NCBI GenBank assembly: GCA_032718475.1 | Contig: JAUCBJ010008388.1 | Span: 1-45,183 of the forward strand | Source of the DNA: Nemertoderma westbladi | Lineage: Eukaryota > Animalia > Xenacoelomorpha | Length of the DNA stretch: 45,183 bases | Reading direction: 5' to 3' | Shown here: piece by piece, positions 10,319 through 21,881 of the stretch | Numbering within the stretch: position 1 is the first letter of the stretch | How the letters are laid out: every line of letters starts with the position of its first letter | The notes under the pieces: generated by a model | The model's input: the letters and a program-made list of their open reading frames with translations, nothing else | The model's database searches: none | What the model was told of the DNA's origin: nothing | Translations under genes and position numbers: made by a program

Positions 10319-12274
10319 TCAAACTGTTAGAGCACTTAGTTCGCCAGTATTCCTACTGTTGAGCCATTCCTCTACAAGAGCCGCCTTGCAGAATACTTCG
10401 AGAAACAATAGTTGGTCGACAAGGAAACATTCCTCTGCTCGCGGGATCATACGAACCAAACCGTTAAGAATCACCGATTCTGGTATCTGTTCTTCGGCCC
10501 GGATGTAACGTAATTCTAGTAGGTAGGAGTGCGCCTTATAGAATAAAGTCTTTCCTATAAGTTTAATAAGACGCTGTTTCAGACCTTTGGTGAATTTCAC
10601 CATGGGTGGATCGTCTATCTTCTCTTCCGTATCTTCGACAACAAGGTCGTTATAATCATCAGCTCTTTCGTCGACACTCGCTGTTATATCTTCCTGAGCT
10701 GTTAAATCCTCAAAATCCACGTCGGATCCAGAATCTGAGGTTTCATCTTCATTTTTCCTAGAAGTTAGAAAGGAAACTAGTTTGTCTTCTCCCAACCAGC
10801 CGACTGATTTTGCGGAAGTGCCTCGTTTTTCCGAGTGTTTCGTTTTGTCAATGTGTTCGGTGACATTGTCGAGGTAATCCTTCAACTCTTCGACGCTGAC
10901 GAACTCGCCCGCGTCGAGCCGACGTTGTATTCGTTCCGTGGGAGTCAACTTCCACAACTCTTCCGCCTCCTGGGCCGCACTAGCCGCGACCTGCGCTTTC
11001 GATTTTGGCGGCGTTCTCAACCGGTTCTGAGTCAAACTCTTCAGAACAACCTCTTGTACATCATCCTCTTCTTCCTCGCCTTCCAGCAACTCCTGCTTCT
11101 CCTTCTCTTCCAACTCAGCCCTTCTCTGAATCTCATCTTCCAGGTGTTTCTGAGTGTTTATATAGGAATCATCACCTGATATGCTGCCCCTGTTCCCGAT
11201 GTATTTGAACAGCCACTGAGTGGTGAACACGTGCAGGTCGACATCGCGGTAGGACATTACCATGTCATCCGACCTGTTCAATTCGTTTCCTTGAACGTAG
11301 GCCCTTCCAACTTTCATATGGTTCTCTACGAAGGGCTGATTAAGGAATTCCGCAGCCGACGGCCTTTTCGAAGGATCTCGGACTAGCAACATCTTGATGA
11401 TGTCACCAACCCCTTTACTGTAGCGTCTGGGAATGTCGGGGATTGGTCCCCGAAGAACACGGAGCGCCACCTCCATCAGCGATTGGCCATTAAACGCTTG
11501 TTCTAGAACGCACATGTCGAATATAACGCAACCAGCGCTCCACATGTCGCATTTGCTGGTGTAGCCGGAAAGTCGCAAAGCATCGGGAGCCAAGTGAGAC
11601 GCGTTGCTAAGGTAACGTAGTGACGTCACCAAAGGGTCTAGGTCTTCGTATGCTAACGAGTTGGCGGGGTCACCTATTTTAAGTAGACGACGTTTTCCTC
11701 TGAGAAACAAATTGGATGGTTTTATATTCCTGTGTAGAACGCCATGAGTGTGGAGATAGTGCAACCCAATATTGAGTTGAACCGCCCAATCTAGAATCTG
11801 AGTTTCGTCCAAAAATCGTCCCATCCTTTTGAGTTTCGCCAGCACCTTGCCTAAATCGTAACCGTCAATAAATTCAGAAGTGAAGAAAAACAGAGAATCC
11901 TCTCTGAAGTACTCGTAGACACAGACTACCGAGAGGTGATCCATCTTTATTAAACGTTTGGTGTCGGCTCTGTATCTGGAGTAAATTTGTTTCAGTTTCC
12001 TTGGGTCTTCAGACGTTCTCGTCATTTCGATCTGTTTGAGAACTTTTCTTTTGTTATTATCGTTTGCGTCTTTCACTAGATATGTGTAGCCGAATGTACC
12101 GCTGCCGAGAATGCGTTCTACGGTGTATCGATCGTGGATGAATATTTCGAAGGAATTACCGGGTTTGTTCGAAAGACCTTTGGTTTTCGATGTTCTCGTT
12201 TGAGTGAGTTTGAAGGCGTGAGATCGACTAACCCCGGCCATATTGTTGTTACTCGCAACCCGCACACTAGACAT
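10319..12274 (-). CDS. NEK11: NIMA-related kinase NEK11-like protein, probable pseudokinase, single exon
   Basis: 651-aa ORF with LGSGTFG, KVLKQI, QILDW..QL..GL.YLH, K(C/S)DMWS.GC and RPSA motifs, an acidic/coiled linker with LTP.ER, and C-terminal CFLVDQLLFLE resembling the NEK11 CFEVDQLLYFE tail. HRD is HRN, DFG is DPA and APE is APD. Confidence 0.8.
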   Translation of the reverse strand: MSSVRVASNNNMAGVSRSHAFKLTQTRTSKTKGLSNKPGNSFEIFIHDRYTVERILGSGTFGYTYLVKDANDNNKRKVLKQIEMTRTSEDPRKLKQIYSRYRADTKRLIKMDHLSVVCVYEYFREDSLFFFTSEFIDGYDLGKVLAKLKRMGRFLDETQILDWAVQLNIGLHYLHTHGVLHRNIKPSNLFLRGKRRLLKIGDPANSLAYEDLDPLVTSLRYLSNASHLAPDALRLSGYTSKCDMWSAGCVIFDMCVLEQAFNGQSLMEVALRVLRGPIPDIPRRYSKGVGDIIKMLLVRDPSKRPSAAEFLNQPFVENHMKVGRAYVQGNELNRSDDMVMSYRDVDLHVFTTQWLFKYIGNRGSISGDDSYINTQKHLEDEIQRRAELEEKEKQELLEGEEEEDDVQEVVLKSLTQNRLRTPPKSKAQVAASAAQEAEELWKLTPTERIQRRLDAGEFVSVEELKDYLDNVTEHIDKTKHSEKRGTSAKSVGWLGEDKLVSFLTSRKNEDETSDSGSDVDFEDLTAQEDITASVDERADDYNDLVVEDTEEKIDDPPMVKFTKGLKQRLIKLIGKTLFYKAHSYLLELRYIRAEEQIPESVILNGLVRMIPRAEECFLVDQLLFLEVFCKAALVEEWLNSRNTGELSALTV

Positions 12275-13362
12275 ACTAGAATAAATTTAGTTTCATTTAT
12301 TTTATGAATTATAACTACAACTATTATTTTAAGTTTTGAATTGAATCACTATGTTAATATTACAATACGACACAAGGCAATATTATTAATATTAAATGTT
12401 TAGCGGTTGCTATGTGGACTTGGCGAGGTGTGTATTAATTCAGTTGCGATTGTATTTAATTTATCTAGGCCAATAACAACTAAACAAGTTAAACACAAAT
12501 TAATTCTGGTGGGATACAAATAAAATAGAGGAGTCTATAAAACTTCCAACTCAGCATACTGTATAGTATTAACTGTATATAATTCCGAGAAGGGGGGGGG
12601 GGGGGGGGGGGTTCTACGTGGGAATTGGTGCAAATTCCAATGTAAATTATCATATAATGAAAAGGAGCAGGTTACATTGACATGTTATTCTAACTAAAAC
12701 AATAAAAGAGAGTCCGATGACGATTGTGACTTGTTTAAATCTCTGGATATGCAGTTATACAGCGGCATACATACTAACAGAGCGGCATTACATCCTGGGA
12801 CACCTGTTAGTTTCAGCCTCTAGGAATTAATACATAACTAGTCCGCTGTAAAAACATCAGGATTTAAAACCAGTTATGATATGATAATTCTGATAGATTA
12901 TATTATATGATAGATTATTATGATAGTTCTGATAATGACTATTATTAACGACACATTCTGTTCCCTAACTCATAGACCACTTTTAGCACAATGTATGCAG
13001 CAGTGCACGGGTACAGAAATGGCTAAGGTATCTGCACAACCCAATTTAGTGAAATATATTATAAATAATACGAAATAAATTTTACTTTACCAAATAATAA
13101 ATAAAATAGCATAAATTAATATATATTAACCTGAAATGTTTGCTTCCACCACCAATAAAACTAATTGATCTATTTTTATATTTATAACCAAAGACTTGAC
13201 ATTTATTCTAGTTAATTTATAAGGGAGAAATTAAATTAACTTTTTAATTACACAAACCGAATATCATTAAAGTAAATCTTTACACGTGTAAATTATTTAG
13301 AGTAACTCAACCAACCAATAATAAATAATGAACAATTACTGTTTAAACAAAATCATACTTTT

Positions 13363-13687
13363 CGGGATCGGGATTATATCACTCTCGGGATCCCGTTTTT
13401 CGGGATTGCAATTTTGGATTAAATTCCTTAAAGTTAATAGTATATGTGGCAAGTTTTGGGTAACACTCACTTTATCTTCTACTTCTGTAATATTAGTAAG
13501 ATAAAGTTTTATTAAAATTATTTTACAATTGATTACTGGATGGTGGTTTATTGACATAAAAATTCGATACAATCAAAACATTTCCGTTCTGCCTCAACTA
13601 TTTATCAGATATGCAACAAATTTGCTTCACTATTTATAAGGGATCGGGACCGGGATTGCGGTCCAGGTTTTTCGGGATCGGATCCCG
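13363..13687. mobile_element. Remnant with clustered CGGGAT/ATCCCG motifs, resembling hAT subterminal repeats
   Basis: Two clusters of CGGGAT(C/T) repeats (13363-13410, 13640-13687) in an otherwise very AT-rich region. Termini not identified. Confidence 0.4.
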
Positions 13688-13819
13688 TTTAAAAAATACT
13701 CTGTTTATGATATACAAATTTAATATATCACTTGTAAACTACAAGTTGTGTATATTTATTTATATTCAATATGAATGGAATTGACGTAATATACGAATAA
13801 GAAAATTCCACGACACATC

Positions 13820-16390
13820 GTACATAATAACCCTTTAGTTTCGGACACATTAGCCCTTTAGTTTCGCACACATTTACCCTTTAGTTTCGTACATAATAAC
13901 CCTTTAGTTTCGGACACATTAACCCTTTAGTTTCGGACACATTAACCCTTTAGTTTCGGACACATTAGCCCTTTAGTTTCGCACACATTTACCCTTTAGT
14001 TTCGGACACATTAACCCTTTAGTTTCGGACACATTAGCCCTTTAGTTTCGCACACATTTACCCTTTAGTTTCGTACATAATAACCCTTTAGTTTCGGACA
14101 CATTAACCCTTTAGTTTCGGACACATTAACCCTTTAGTTTCGGACACATTAGCCCTTTAGTTTCGCACACATTTACCCTTTAGTTTCGTACACATTAACC
14201 CTTTAGTTTCGGACACATTTACCCTTTAGTTTCGGACACATTAACCCTTTAGTTTCGGACACATTAGCCCTTTAGTTTCGCACACATTTACCCTTTAGTT
14301 TCGTACACATTAAACCTTTAGTTTGGCACACATTAACCCTATAGTTTCGCACACATTAGCCCTTTAGTTTCGGACACATTTACCCTTTAGTTTCGGACAC
14401 ATTTACCCTTTAGTTTCGTACACATTTACCCCTTTAGTTTCGCACACATTAACCCTATAGTTTCGCACACATTAACCCTTTAGTTTCGTACACATTAAAC
14501 CTTTAGTTTGGCACACATTAACCCTTTAGTTTCGGACACATTAACCCTTTAGTTTCGGACACATTAACCCTTTAGTTTCGGACACATTAACCCTTTAGTT
14601 TCGCACACATTAGCCCTTTAGTTTCGGACACATTAACCCTTTAGTTTCGTACACATTAAACCTTTAGTTTGGCACACATTAACCCTTTAGTTTCGGAAAC
14701 ATTAACCCTTTAGTTTCGGACACATTAACCCTTTAGTTTCGGACACATTAACCCTTTAGTTTCGCACACATTAACCCTTTAGTTTGGCACACATTAACCC
14801 TTTAGTTTCGGACACAGTAACCCTTTAGTTTCGGACACATTAACCCTTTAGTTTCGGACACATTAACCCTTTAGTTTCGCACACATTAACCCTTTAGTTT
14901 CGGACACATTAACCCTTTAGTTTCGTACACATTTACCCCTTTAGTTTCGCACACATTAACCCTATAGTTTCGCACACATTAACCCTTTAGTTTCGTACAC
15001 ATTAAACCTTTAGTTTGGCACACATTAACCCTATAGTTTCGGACACATTAACCCTTTAGTTTCGTACACATTAAACCTTTAGTTTGGCACACATTAACCC
15101 TTTAGTTTCGGAAACATTAACCCTTTAGTTTCGGACACATTAACCCTTTAGTTTCGGACACATTAACCCTTTAGTTTCGCACACATTAACCCTTTAGTTT
15201 GGCACACATTAACCCTTTAGTTTCGGACACAGTAACCCTTTAGTTTCGGACACATTAACCCTTTAGTTTCGGACACAGTAACCCTTTAGTTTCGGACACA
15301 TTAACCCTTTAGTTTCGGACACATTAACCCTTTAGTTTCGGACACATTTAACCCTTTAGTTTCGGACACATTAACCCTTTAGATTCGTACACATTAACCC
15401 TTTAGTTTCGGACACATTTAACCCTTTAGTTGCGGACACATTAACCCTTTAGTTTCGTACACATTAACCTTTTCGTTTCGGACACATTAACCCTTTAGTT
15501 TCGCACACATTAACCTTTTAGTTTCGGACACATTAACCCTATAGTTTCGGACACATTAGCCCTTTAGTTTCGCACACATTAACCCTTTAGTTTCGTACAC
15601 ATTAAACCTTTAGTTTAGCACACATTAACCTTTTAGTTTCGGACACATTAACCCTATAGTTTCGGACACATTAGCCCTTTAGTTTCGTACACATTAAACC
15701 TTTAGTTTCGCACACATTAACCCTATAGTTTCGGACACATTAGCCCTTTAGTTTCGTACACATTAAACCTTTAGTTTCGCACACATTAACCTTTTAGTTT
15801 CGGACACATTAACCCTTTAGTTTCGGACACATTAACCCTTTAGTTTCGGACACATTTAACCCTTTAGTTTCGGACACATTAACCCTTTAGTTTCGTACAC
15901 ATTAACCTTTTCGTTTCGGACACATTAACCCTTTAGTTTCGGACACATTAACCTTTTAGTTTCGGACACATTAACCCTATAGTTTCGGACACATTAGCCC
16001 TTTAGTTTCGTACACATTAAACCTTTAGTTTCGCACACATTAACCTTTTAGTTTCGGACACATTAACCCTTTAGTTTCGGACACATTAACCCTTTAGTTT
16101 CGGACACATTAACGCTTTAGTTTCGCACACATTAACCCTTTAGTTACGGACACATTAACCCTTTAGTTTCGCACACATTAACCTTTTAGTTTCGGACACA
16201 TTAACCCTTTAGTTTCGGACACATTAACCCTTTAGTTTCGGACACATTAACCCTTTAGTTTCGGACACATTAACCCTTTAGTTTCGCACACATTAACCTT
16301 TTAGTTTCGGACACATTAACCCTTTAGTTTCGCACACATTAACCTCTTAGTTTCTGTTTCGCACACATTAACCCTTTAGTTTGTATACAT
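13820..16390. repeat. 23-bp satellite, ~110 copies
   Basis: Unit AACCCTTTAGTTTCG(G/C/T)ACACATT in uninterrupted tandem with point variants. Confidence 0.98.
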
Positions 16391-17043
16391 AACATTTTGG
16401 AAATAAATTTTCTGGTAATCGACCTTGATTCCATGGTAATGAGCTAAATTGAGACATTGTATTTTTCAAATTTATTAAAAATATCGATATTGAACGGAAA
16501 ATGTTTCTGGAAAATAAAAATAGCTTCTGTTCAAATGGTCGAAAAAGCCGAAAAGATAGTTTAATTTTATTATATTTTCCTCAATTGGTAACAACATCGT
16601 TTATTGTTTTGGTTAGAAAAAGCAGTCTCTGCAACCTGCTCCTCTCCCTTATTATTGTTTATCTTTTTAAACGTCTTTACAACCTTTTGACTCGTTCGAC
16701 TCTTTGACCTGAAATCATAAAATAATGATGCTTCCCCCATCATCCGTTATTTTATGCAAAAAATAAGCTGAAAACATCTGGTTCCGTTCCGTTCCGTTCC
16801 GGTATATCTAGTATTCCTTTACTTTCTTTCTCAACTATCTGGTTTTCCGATCTTCACGTTTATTACAGGAAAATCGAATATTATTATTATTAAATTAATA
16901 GAAAATGAATGAAAAAAATGGAAATATACAATTATTGCGAATTAAATTTAAACTTCATTGCAATATAATAATAATTAGTGGTGGATTCAAACATTTCTGA
17001 CTCAAATATTTTGCACCCAACCCAGAAAACCAATAGGAATAAT

Positions 17044-19608
17044 TTAGGCGATAATCAACTTCCCCCGACAACATTTACACGGCTTATATGAATCGTCGTA
17101 ATACATGTCCGGGGTCTGGACATTCGGACTCCCAATCTCCGCGAACAATTTAAGGATTTCCTTCGCGGAGTTCGACTCCCAAGGGAGTTGTTGCTCCCCA
17201 ATGACGTCACTACTATTGAGCGTTGTGATTGGCTGGAGTTCCACCGTCTCGGTGACCCCCTCCTCACCCATTCTCATTATCTCATCGTGTTTACCAACAT
17301 CCAGTCTTATAAAATCCCCGCTATTCAAATCCTCTTCATTAAACTCGCAAGAAACTTCCTCGCCTCCGTTAACAGCAGCGAGTTTCATCCGAGTGCCACT
17401 CACTTTGGAACCCCTAAGAGTTTCCTTAGCAACCGGGTAGGAATGTAGTTGCTCCTTGTCCCTAAACAATTCCATAACCAGTTGGTGGAGCCGCCCCACC
17501 TTGTCCTGGAGGGCGGCGCGTTCGGCGACCAGTCGCGCTACCGCGTCCCCCGTCTCCAACGCCTGTCGATGCAACCGCGACCGCTGTCGGTGGTACAACC
17601 CGATGTAATCCCCCACCGTGTCCACCTCCCCCTCCAACTGCAGGTTCAGGTGCTCCGCTTCCGAGAGCCGCTCCCGGAGGAGCGAGTTGCTCCTCTCGGA
17701 CTCCTCCAGGAGGCGTCGCACGCTGGTGTACTCCTCCGCGGAAACCGACGTGGAAACCAACCCCTGTTCCTCCTGCACGGAACGTTCCTGCTGTAAGGAA
17801 CGTTCCAACTCGATCACTCGCTCTCTCAGCTCCCCGTTCTGCGCTGTTAGGATCGCGGCGGTTTCTTTAGCCAACACGATCTCGTTGCCCAACACCTCGC
17901 TAACATCGTTCTCTTTCTCCGACGCTCTCAGAAGCTCCACCTCGCCTCCCAGCCGCTCCAGCTCGCCCCCCAGCCGCTCCACCTCGCCACCACGCTCGTT
18001 CGCCGCGTGCTCCGTCGCCTGTAGGCTCAGCACCAACTCGCTGTTGGACGACGTCAACTCCACCAGTTTATCCTGCAGCTCGACCAGCTGCGACTTCAGC
18101 TGTTTGTTCTGACTCAAGGCGCGGCTGATGGTGGTCCGATCACTATGGGAACGGGCAACCACGGCGTCGCGGTCCGCTGCGTCCACCGACAGCTGCTCGA
18201 CCGCGGTCCGCAGCTCCCGGATAGTTCCATCCTTGCCGTTAAGTTTCTCGTTGAGACTGAAGTTGTCCTCCGCCAACGCGACTCGCAGCCGCCGCTCCGC
18301 GTTTAATTCCTCCGTTACGGAAGATAAATGTTTCTGATACTCTTCGAAATCTTCCGCTCTGCTAGAATCGTCCGCTAAGCGGCGCTCCAGCTCGGCGATG
18401 GACGAGCGCAGCGAGCGCTCGACCTCGTCCCGGACATCGAGCTCCGCGCGCGAGCGACCCAGCTCGCCTTCCAGGACGTCAACCCTCGCCGAATACTTGG
18501 TCAACTCCTCGGCTTTCCTCTTCTCCAATTCGAGTTTGGCAGCGGAAACGTCGCGAATAGTTCGATTCAACTCGACGACGGAGGCCTTGCACTCCTCGAG
18601 CTCTGCGGCCGACGCCTCGAGTCTCCCAGGTAAATCCGACGACATATTGATCTGTTGCAACCGCAGGGCGCCGCTCGCCTCTCGAGCCGTTACCTCAGCT
18701 AACTGGGCGGACAGCGACTCGACCTGGGAGCCGCTCGACTCCAGTCGGCTGGACAACTCGCTTCGCTGCTCCTCCAACTCACTTGATAAATTTCTACACC
18801 TCGCCAATTCCTCGATCAGCGATGAATTCTCGGACTGTAAGGATAACAGTTTTATCTCGACCGCGTCGCTTTCATGGGCGCGCAGCTCGGCTTCCGCCAA
18901 CTCGCTGTTCGATTGCGCAGCCCGTTGCTTTAGAACGGCGATAAGGGTGCGATCGGCGGCCAGTTGGGAACCCACGTCTCTTAATTTATTCTGCAGGTCA
19001 GATTTCTCGATCGTGAGGATTTCTACTGCTTGTTCGAGGTGGAGGGAGTTCGACGTTGTCGCATGGGGGGAGCTTGGATGGGCGCTGGGTTGGGAGCTGG
19101 GATTGGGGTTAGGATGGGAGTTTTGGGCTATAAACCCCCCTGGGTATTCTACCGAGTCAGCTGCGCTAATCACGTTTGGTAATCGGGAGTCGGCATCAGT
19201 AGAACCAACATTATTCCAACCGCCGTCGCTGTAATCCAGGGTGGAGGGTAAATCGCTACTAATAGAATCATTTACACTAATGGTCTCGTTATCCGGAGAT
19301 TTACGTTCCGCTAACTCATAGGAACTCCGGCTTCCCGAGTTGGATGGGGACACCGACGTTCGATGAGGGGACCCGATATTATTATAAAATTTCCTCCTAT
19401 TGGGTGTGGAATGGTAGGAACTGTTACCCGGGTTCCCACTCAGATCATCACCCGATGGGAACTCAGTTGGAGCGGTTCTACCTGGAATGTGATTCGAAAT
19501 TCGCTTCTTCTTTCTTAATTTGTTGAATTCCCTTTGAGCGGCTGCCACTTTGTCGTGTCGTGACATTGTGCTACTTTTTATATCAGCTGAACCATCCACC
19601 CCATCCAT
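17044..19608 (-). CDS. GOLGA2: Golgin subfamily A member 2 (GM130) homologue, single exon
   Basis: 854-aa coiled-coil ORF. N-terminal basic R..KVAAA...KK motif, SDRTTISRALSQNKQLKSQLVELQ, LEGEVDTVGDYIGLYHRQR and C-terminal PCKCCRGKLIIA are all characteristic GM130 segments. Candidate AATAAA on the - strand at ~16859-16864. Confidence 0.9.
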   Translation of the reverse strand: MDGVDGSADIKSSTMSRHDKVAAAQREFNKLRKKKRISNHIPGRTAPTEFPSGDDLSGNPGNSSYHSTPNRRKFYNNIGSPHRTSVSPSNSGSRSSYELAERKSPDNETISVNDSISSDLPSTLDYSDGGWNNVGSTDADSRLPNVISAADSVEYPGGFIAQNSHPNPNPSSQPSAHPSSPHATTSNSLHLEQAVEILTIEKSDLQNKLRDVGSQLAADRTLIAVLKQRAAQSNSELAEAELRAHESDAVEIKLLSLQSENSSLIEELARCRNLSSELEEQRSELSSRLESSGSQVESLSAQLAEVTAREASGALRLQQINMSSDLPGRLEASAAELEECKASVVELNRTIRDVSAAKLELEKRKAEELTKYSARVDVLEGELGRSRAELDVRDEVERSLRSSIAELERRLADDSSRAEDFEEYQKHLSSVTEELNAERRLRVALAEDNFSLNEKLNGKDGTIRELRTAVEQLSVDAADRDAVVARSHSDRTTISRALSQNKQLKSQLVELQDKLVELTSSNSELVLSLQATEHAANERGGEVERLGGELERLGGEVELLRASEKENDVSEVLGNEIVLAKETAAILTAQNGELRERVIELERSLQQERSVQEEQGLVSTSVSAEEYTSVRRLLEESERSNSLLRERLSEAEHLNLQLEGEVDTVGDYIGLYHRQRSRLHRQALETGDAVARLVAERAALQDKVGRLHQLVMELFRDKEQLHSYPVAKETLRGSKVSGTRMKLAAVNGGEEVSCEFNEEDLNSGDFIRLDVGKHDEIMRMGEEGVTETVELQPITTLNSSDVIGEQQLPWESNSAKEILKLFAEIGSPNVQTPDMYYDDSYKPCKCCRGKLIIA

Positions 19609-19789
19609 ATTGCAAAGTTAAAGTTTTAACACCAGTAGTGCACAGAGGTACGGTAGCGGTAGGCCTGTATATTTAAATAATTAGGTCAGTAGGTACCGGT
19701 ACCGTCAACTGGGGTGACTTGCCAGCTTGCTGACTTGGGCTATTGGGGTGAATTGGGCAATGCGGCCCAAGTCTGCTGGATACATGACC

Positions 19790-20315
19790 GAACGAAATCA
19801 GGATCGAATGTAACATAGTTATTACGTATCGAACGTCAGAACGTAACCGCAATTATGTTACCGGTACATTGGATCCTATAACTAGGTAGCGTATGTTACA
19901 TTCGATCTACAAATTACTAAGCCCGAATGTAACATCGCCAATTAAAGGAGCAGGTTACATTACAGAGGCGTGTTGGCATGTTGGGGTTGGGGGAACCAAA
20001 ACAATAAACGAAAGTTAACACATGTTACAAGATTATGCAAGTTACCGGTACTTTTATTTAAAGGAGCATGTTACAGAGGCGTGTTGGGGGAACCAAAACA
20101 ATAAACAAAAGTTAAACACATGTTACAAGATTATGCAGGTTACTTAATTGGGTCTTGGTCTTGGGTCTTTGTTTTGTACTCACCAAACTGTTTCTTCCTG
20201 TAAATAAAGGAAGCATTTCATCGGTTAACTCCTGACTGCCTGAAATCTAAACACAACATAAATAAATATATGTTACATTCGGGCTTAGTAATTTGTAGAT
20301 CGAATGTAACATAGT
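19790..20315. mobile_element. Palindromic MITE-like element with a 44-bp perfect inverted repeat
   Basis: 19892-19935 is the exact reverse complement of 20270-20313. The interior has two reverse-orientation relatives of the 68-bp satellite unit. A related sequence occurs inverted at ~40341-40410. Confidence 0.65.
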
Positions 20316-20771
20316 TATTAATTGAGGTTACGTGGAAATGGAAAGTTTTTATTTACTTCTATAAGTAAAAACGCACCAACATGCACAACACAATAAACTA
20401 AGATCATTTTTTTAAACATTCACTGAGTGACTGATAGAGGCCGTATCTAAATAATCAAATATTAATATACATACAGTATAGTATAGGCCTACTGCTACTA
20501 TACAATACACCGATATAAAAACAAATTTATTACTATTGGTAAGTATGTTGGTGTATGCGATATACAATATAAAATAAGTATGTAAGATATTGTTTTTAAA
20601 ATACATAAAATAAATTAAAATAAGTCTGTAGGATAGTGATCTTAAAATAGAAACAAACAGCACATTAAAATACTTAAAATTTAATAAAATAAAATGATTT
20701 AAGATTTAATTATTTTGAGTTAAAGTTAGTAGTTTTATTCTTAAATAAGCTAAGTTTCGTTTCGTTCGATA

Positions 20772-20960
20772 AGTTTTCGTTTCGGCACGAATGCTTTAAA
20801 GGGACCAGCCAGCATCCTTAAGTGGTAGCTAAATCAGTACTGGAGTTTCCTCTGGGGAGTAAAGTTCTGGGGGGACCGCACTGGAAACAAGTCGTCAGAC
20901 TTTGTGCGTAATCCCTGGCCTAGTGGCCGAAGAAAATTTACTTTACTTTTTACTTTTTTT
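20772..20960 (+). mobile_element. 5'-truncated second copy of the SINE at 8450
   Basis: Near-identical to 8530-8733 apart from a short internal deletion. Same (TTTAC)n tail. Lacks the A/B boxes. Confidence 0.9.
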
Positions 20961-21881
20961 ACGATAGTGATCTTAAAATAGAAATAAACAGCACATTAAA
21001 ATATTAAAATACTTAAAAATTATTAAAATAAAATGTTTTATGTTAGTAGTTTTATTCTTAAAATAAGCAATGTTTAATAAAATAAGTATATTATGTAATG
21101 TAGGTTTATTGAATTAAAATAATGTAGAAATAATGTATTTAAAATAATGAAATATTGAAATAAAAATATAAAAGTTTATGTTCTTTTGGACTATTATTAT
21201 GGTAGATTACGGAATGCTTTCAAGTATGAGGTCAAATCAACATCACGTAATAGAGTTTTCTAGTGATGTAGCCTCAACTACATTGGCCGGTAATCCGTTC
21301 CAAGGGTTGATTACTCTAAAGAAAAAGCTATTTTGTATTAAGCATGATGCCACATTTGGTTTAAATAACTTATACTTATGTCCACGTGTTTTACAATTGT
21401 TACTAATGTTAAAGCGGTTGATTAAGTTAGGGACATCCACCAGACCAAGATCTTCGCGAATTATTTTGAAGGCCATAGTTATATCAAGTCGGAGACGGCG
21501 CAGTTCGAGTGATTCGAAACATAGAATACGAAGTCGTTCAAAGTATGGTGTCTTTGGATCAAGCGAACATCGATAAAACAACCTTCGTGTAAACAATCTT
21601 TGAACTTTTTCGAGTTTATCGATGGAACCTAAATAACCATCTTTACAAGTAGTTGATAGGAACGGATTCCAAACAGTAGTAGCATATTCCACAAGACTGC
21701 AAGAGGTCTTGCAAAGGTCGTATAGGCTCTCAATAGTGCTTGGCGGTTATTGGTACAGAACATTTAAAAAATCACGCTAATAATATAGTACTGTCTGACT
21801 GTAGTATGCCTTTTTACAAATAGCATTAATGTGGTTTTGAAATGATAATGATCGAGTCAATAATTACACCCAGGTCGCGGC

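Noticed and set aside
12592-12612. Poly-G run as a functional G-quadruplex
   Set aside because: Similar G/C homopolymers occur in several MITEs here, and run lengths are assembly-sensitive. No independent support.
13820-16390. CRISPR array or telomeric tract
   Set aside because: No unique spacers, no cas genes and a eukaryotic context. Only one TAACCC per 23-bp unit, not tandem telomere repeats.
17055-19526. Long + strand ORFs up to 278 aa
   Set aside because: Antisense shadows of the GC-rich GOLGA2 coding sequence, Ser/Arg-rich with no recognisable domain.
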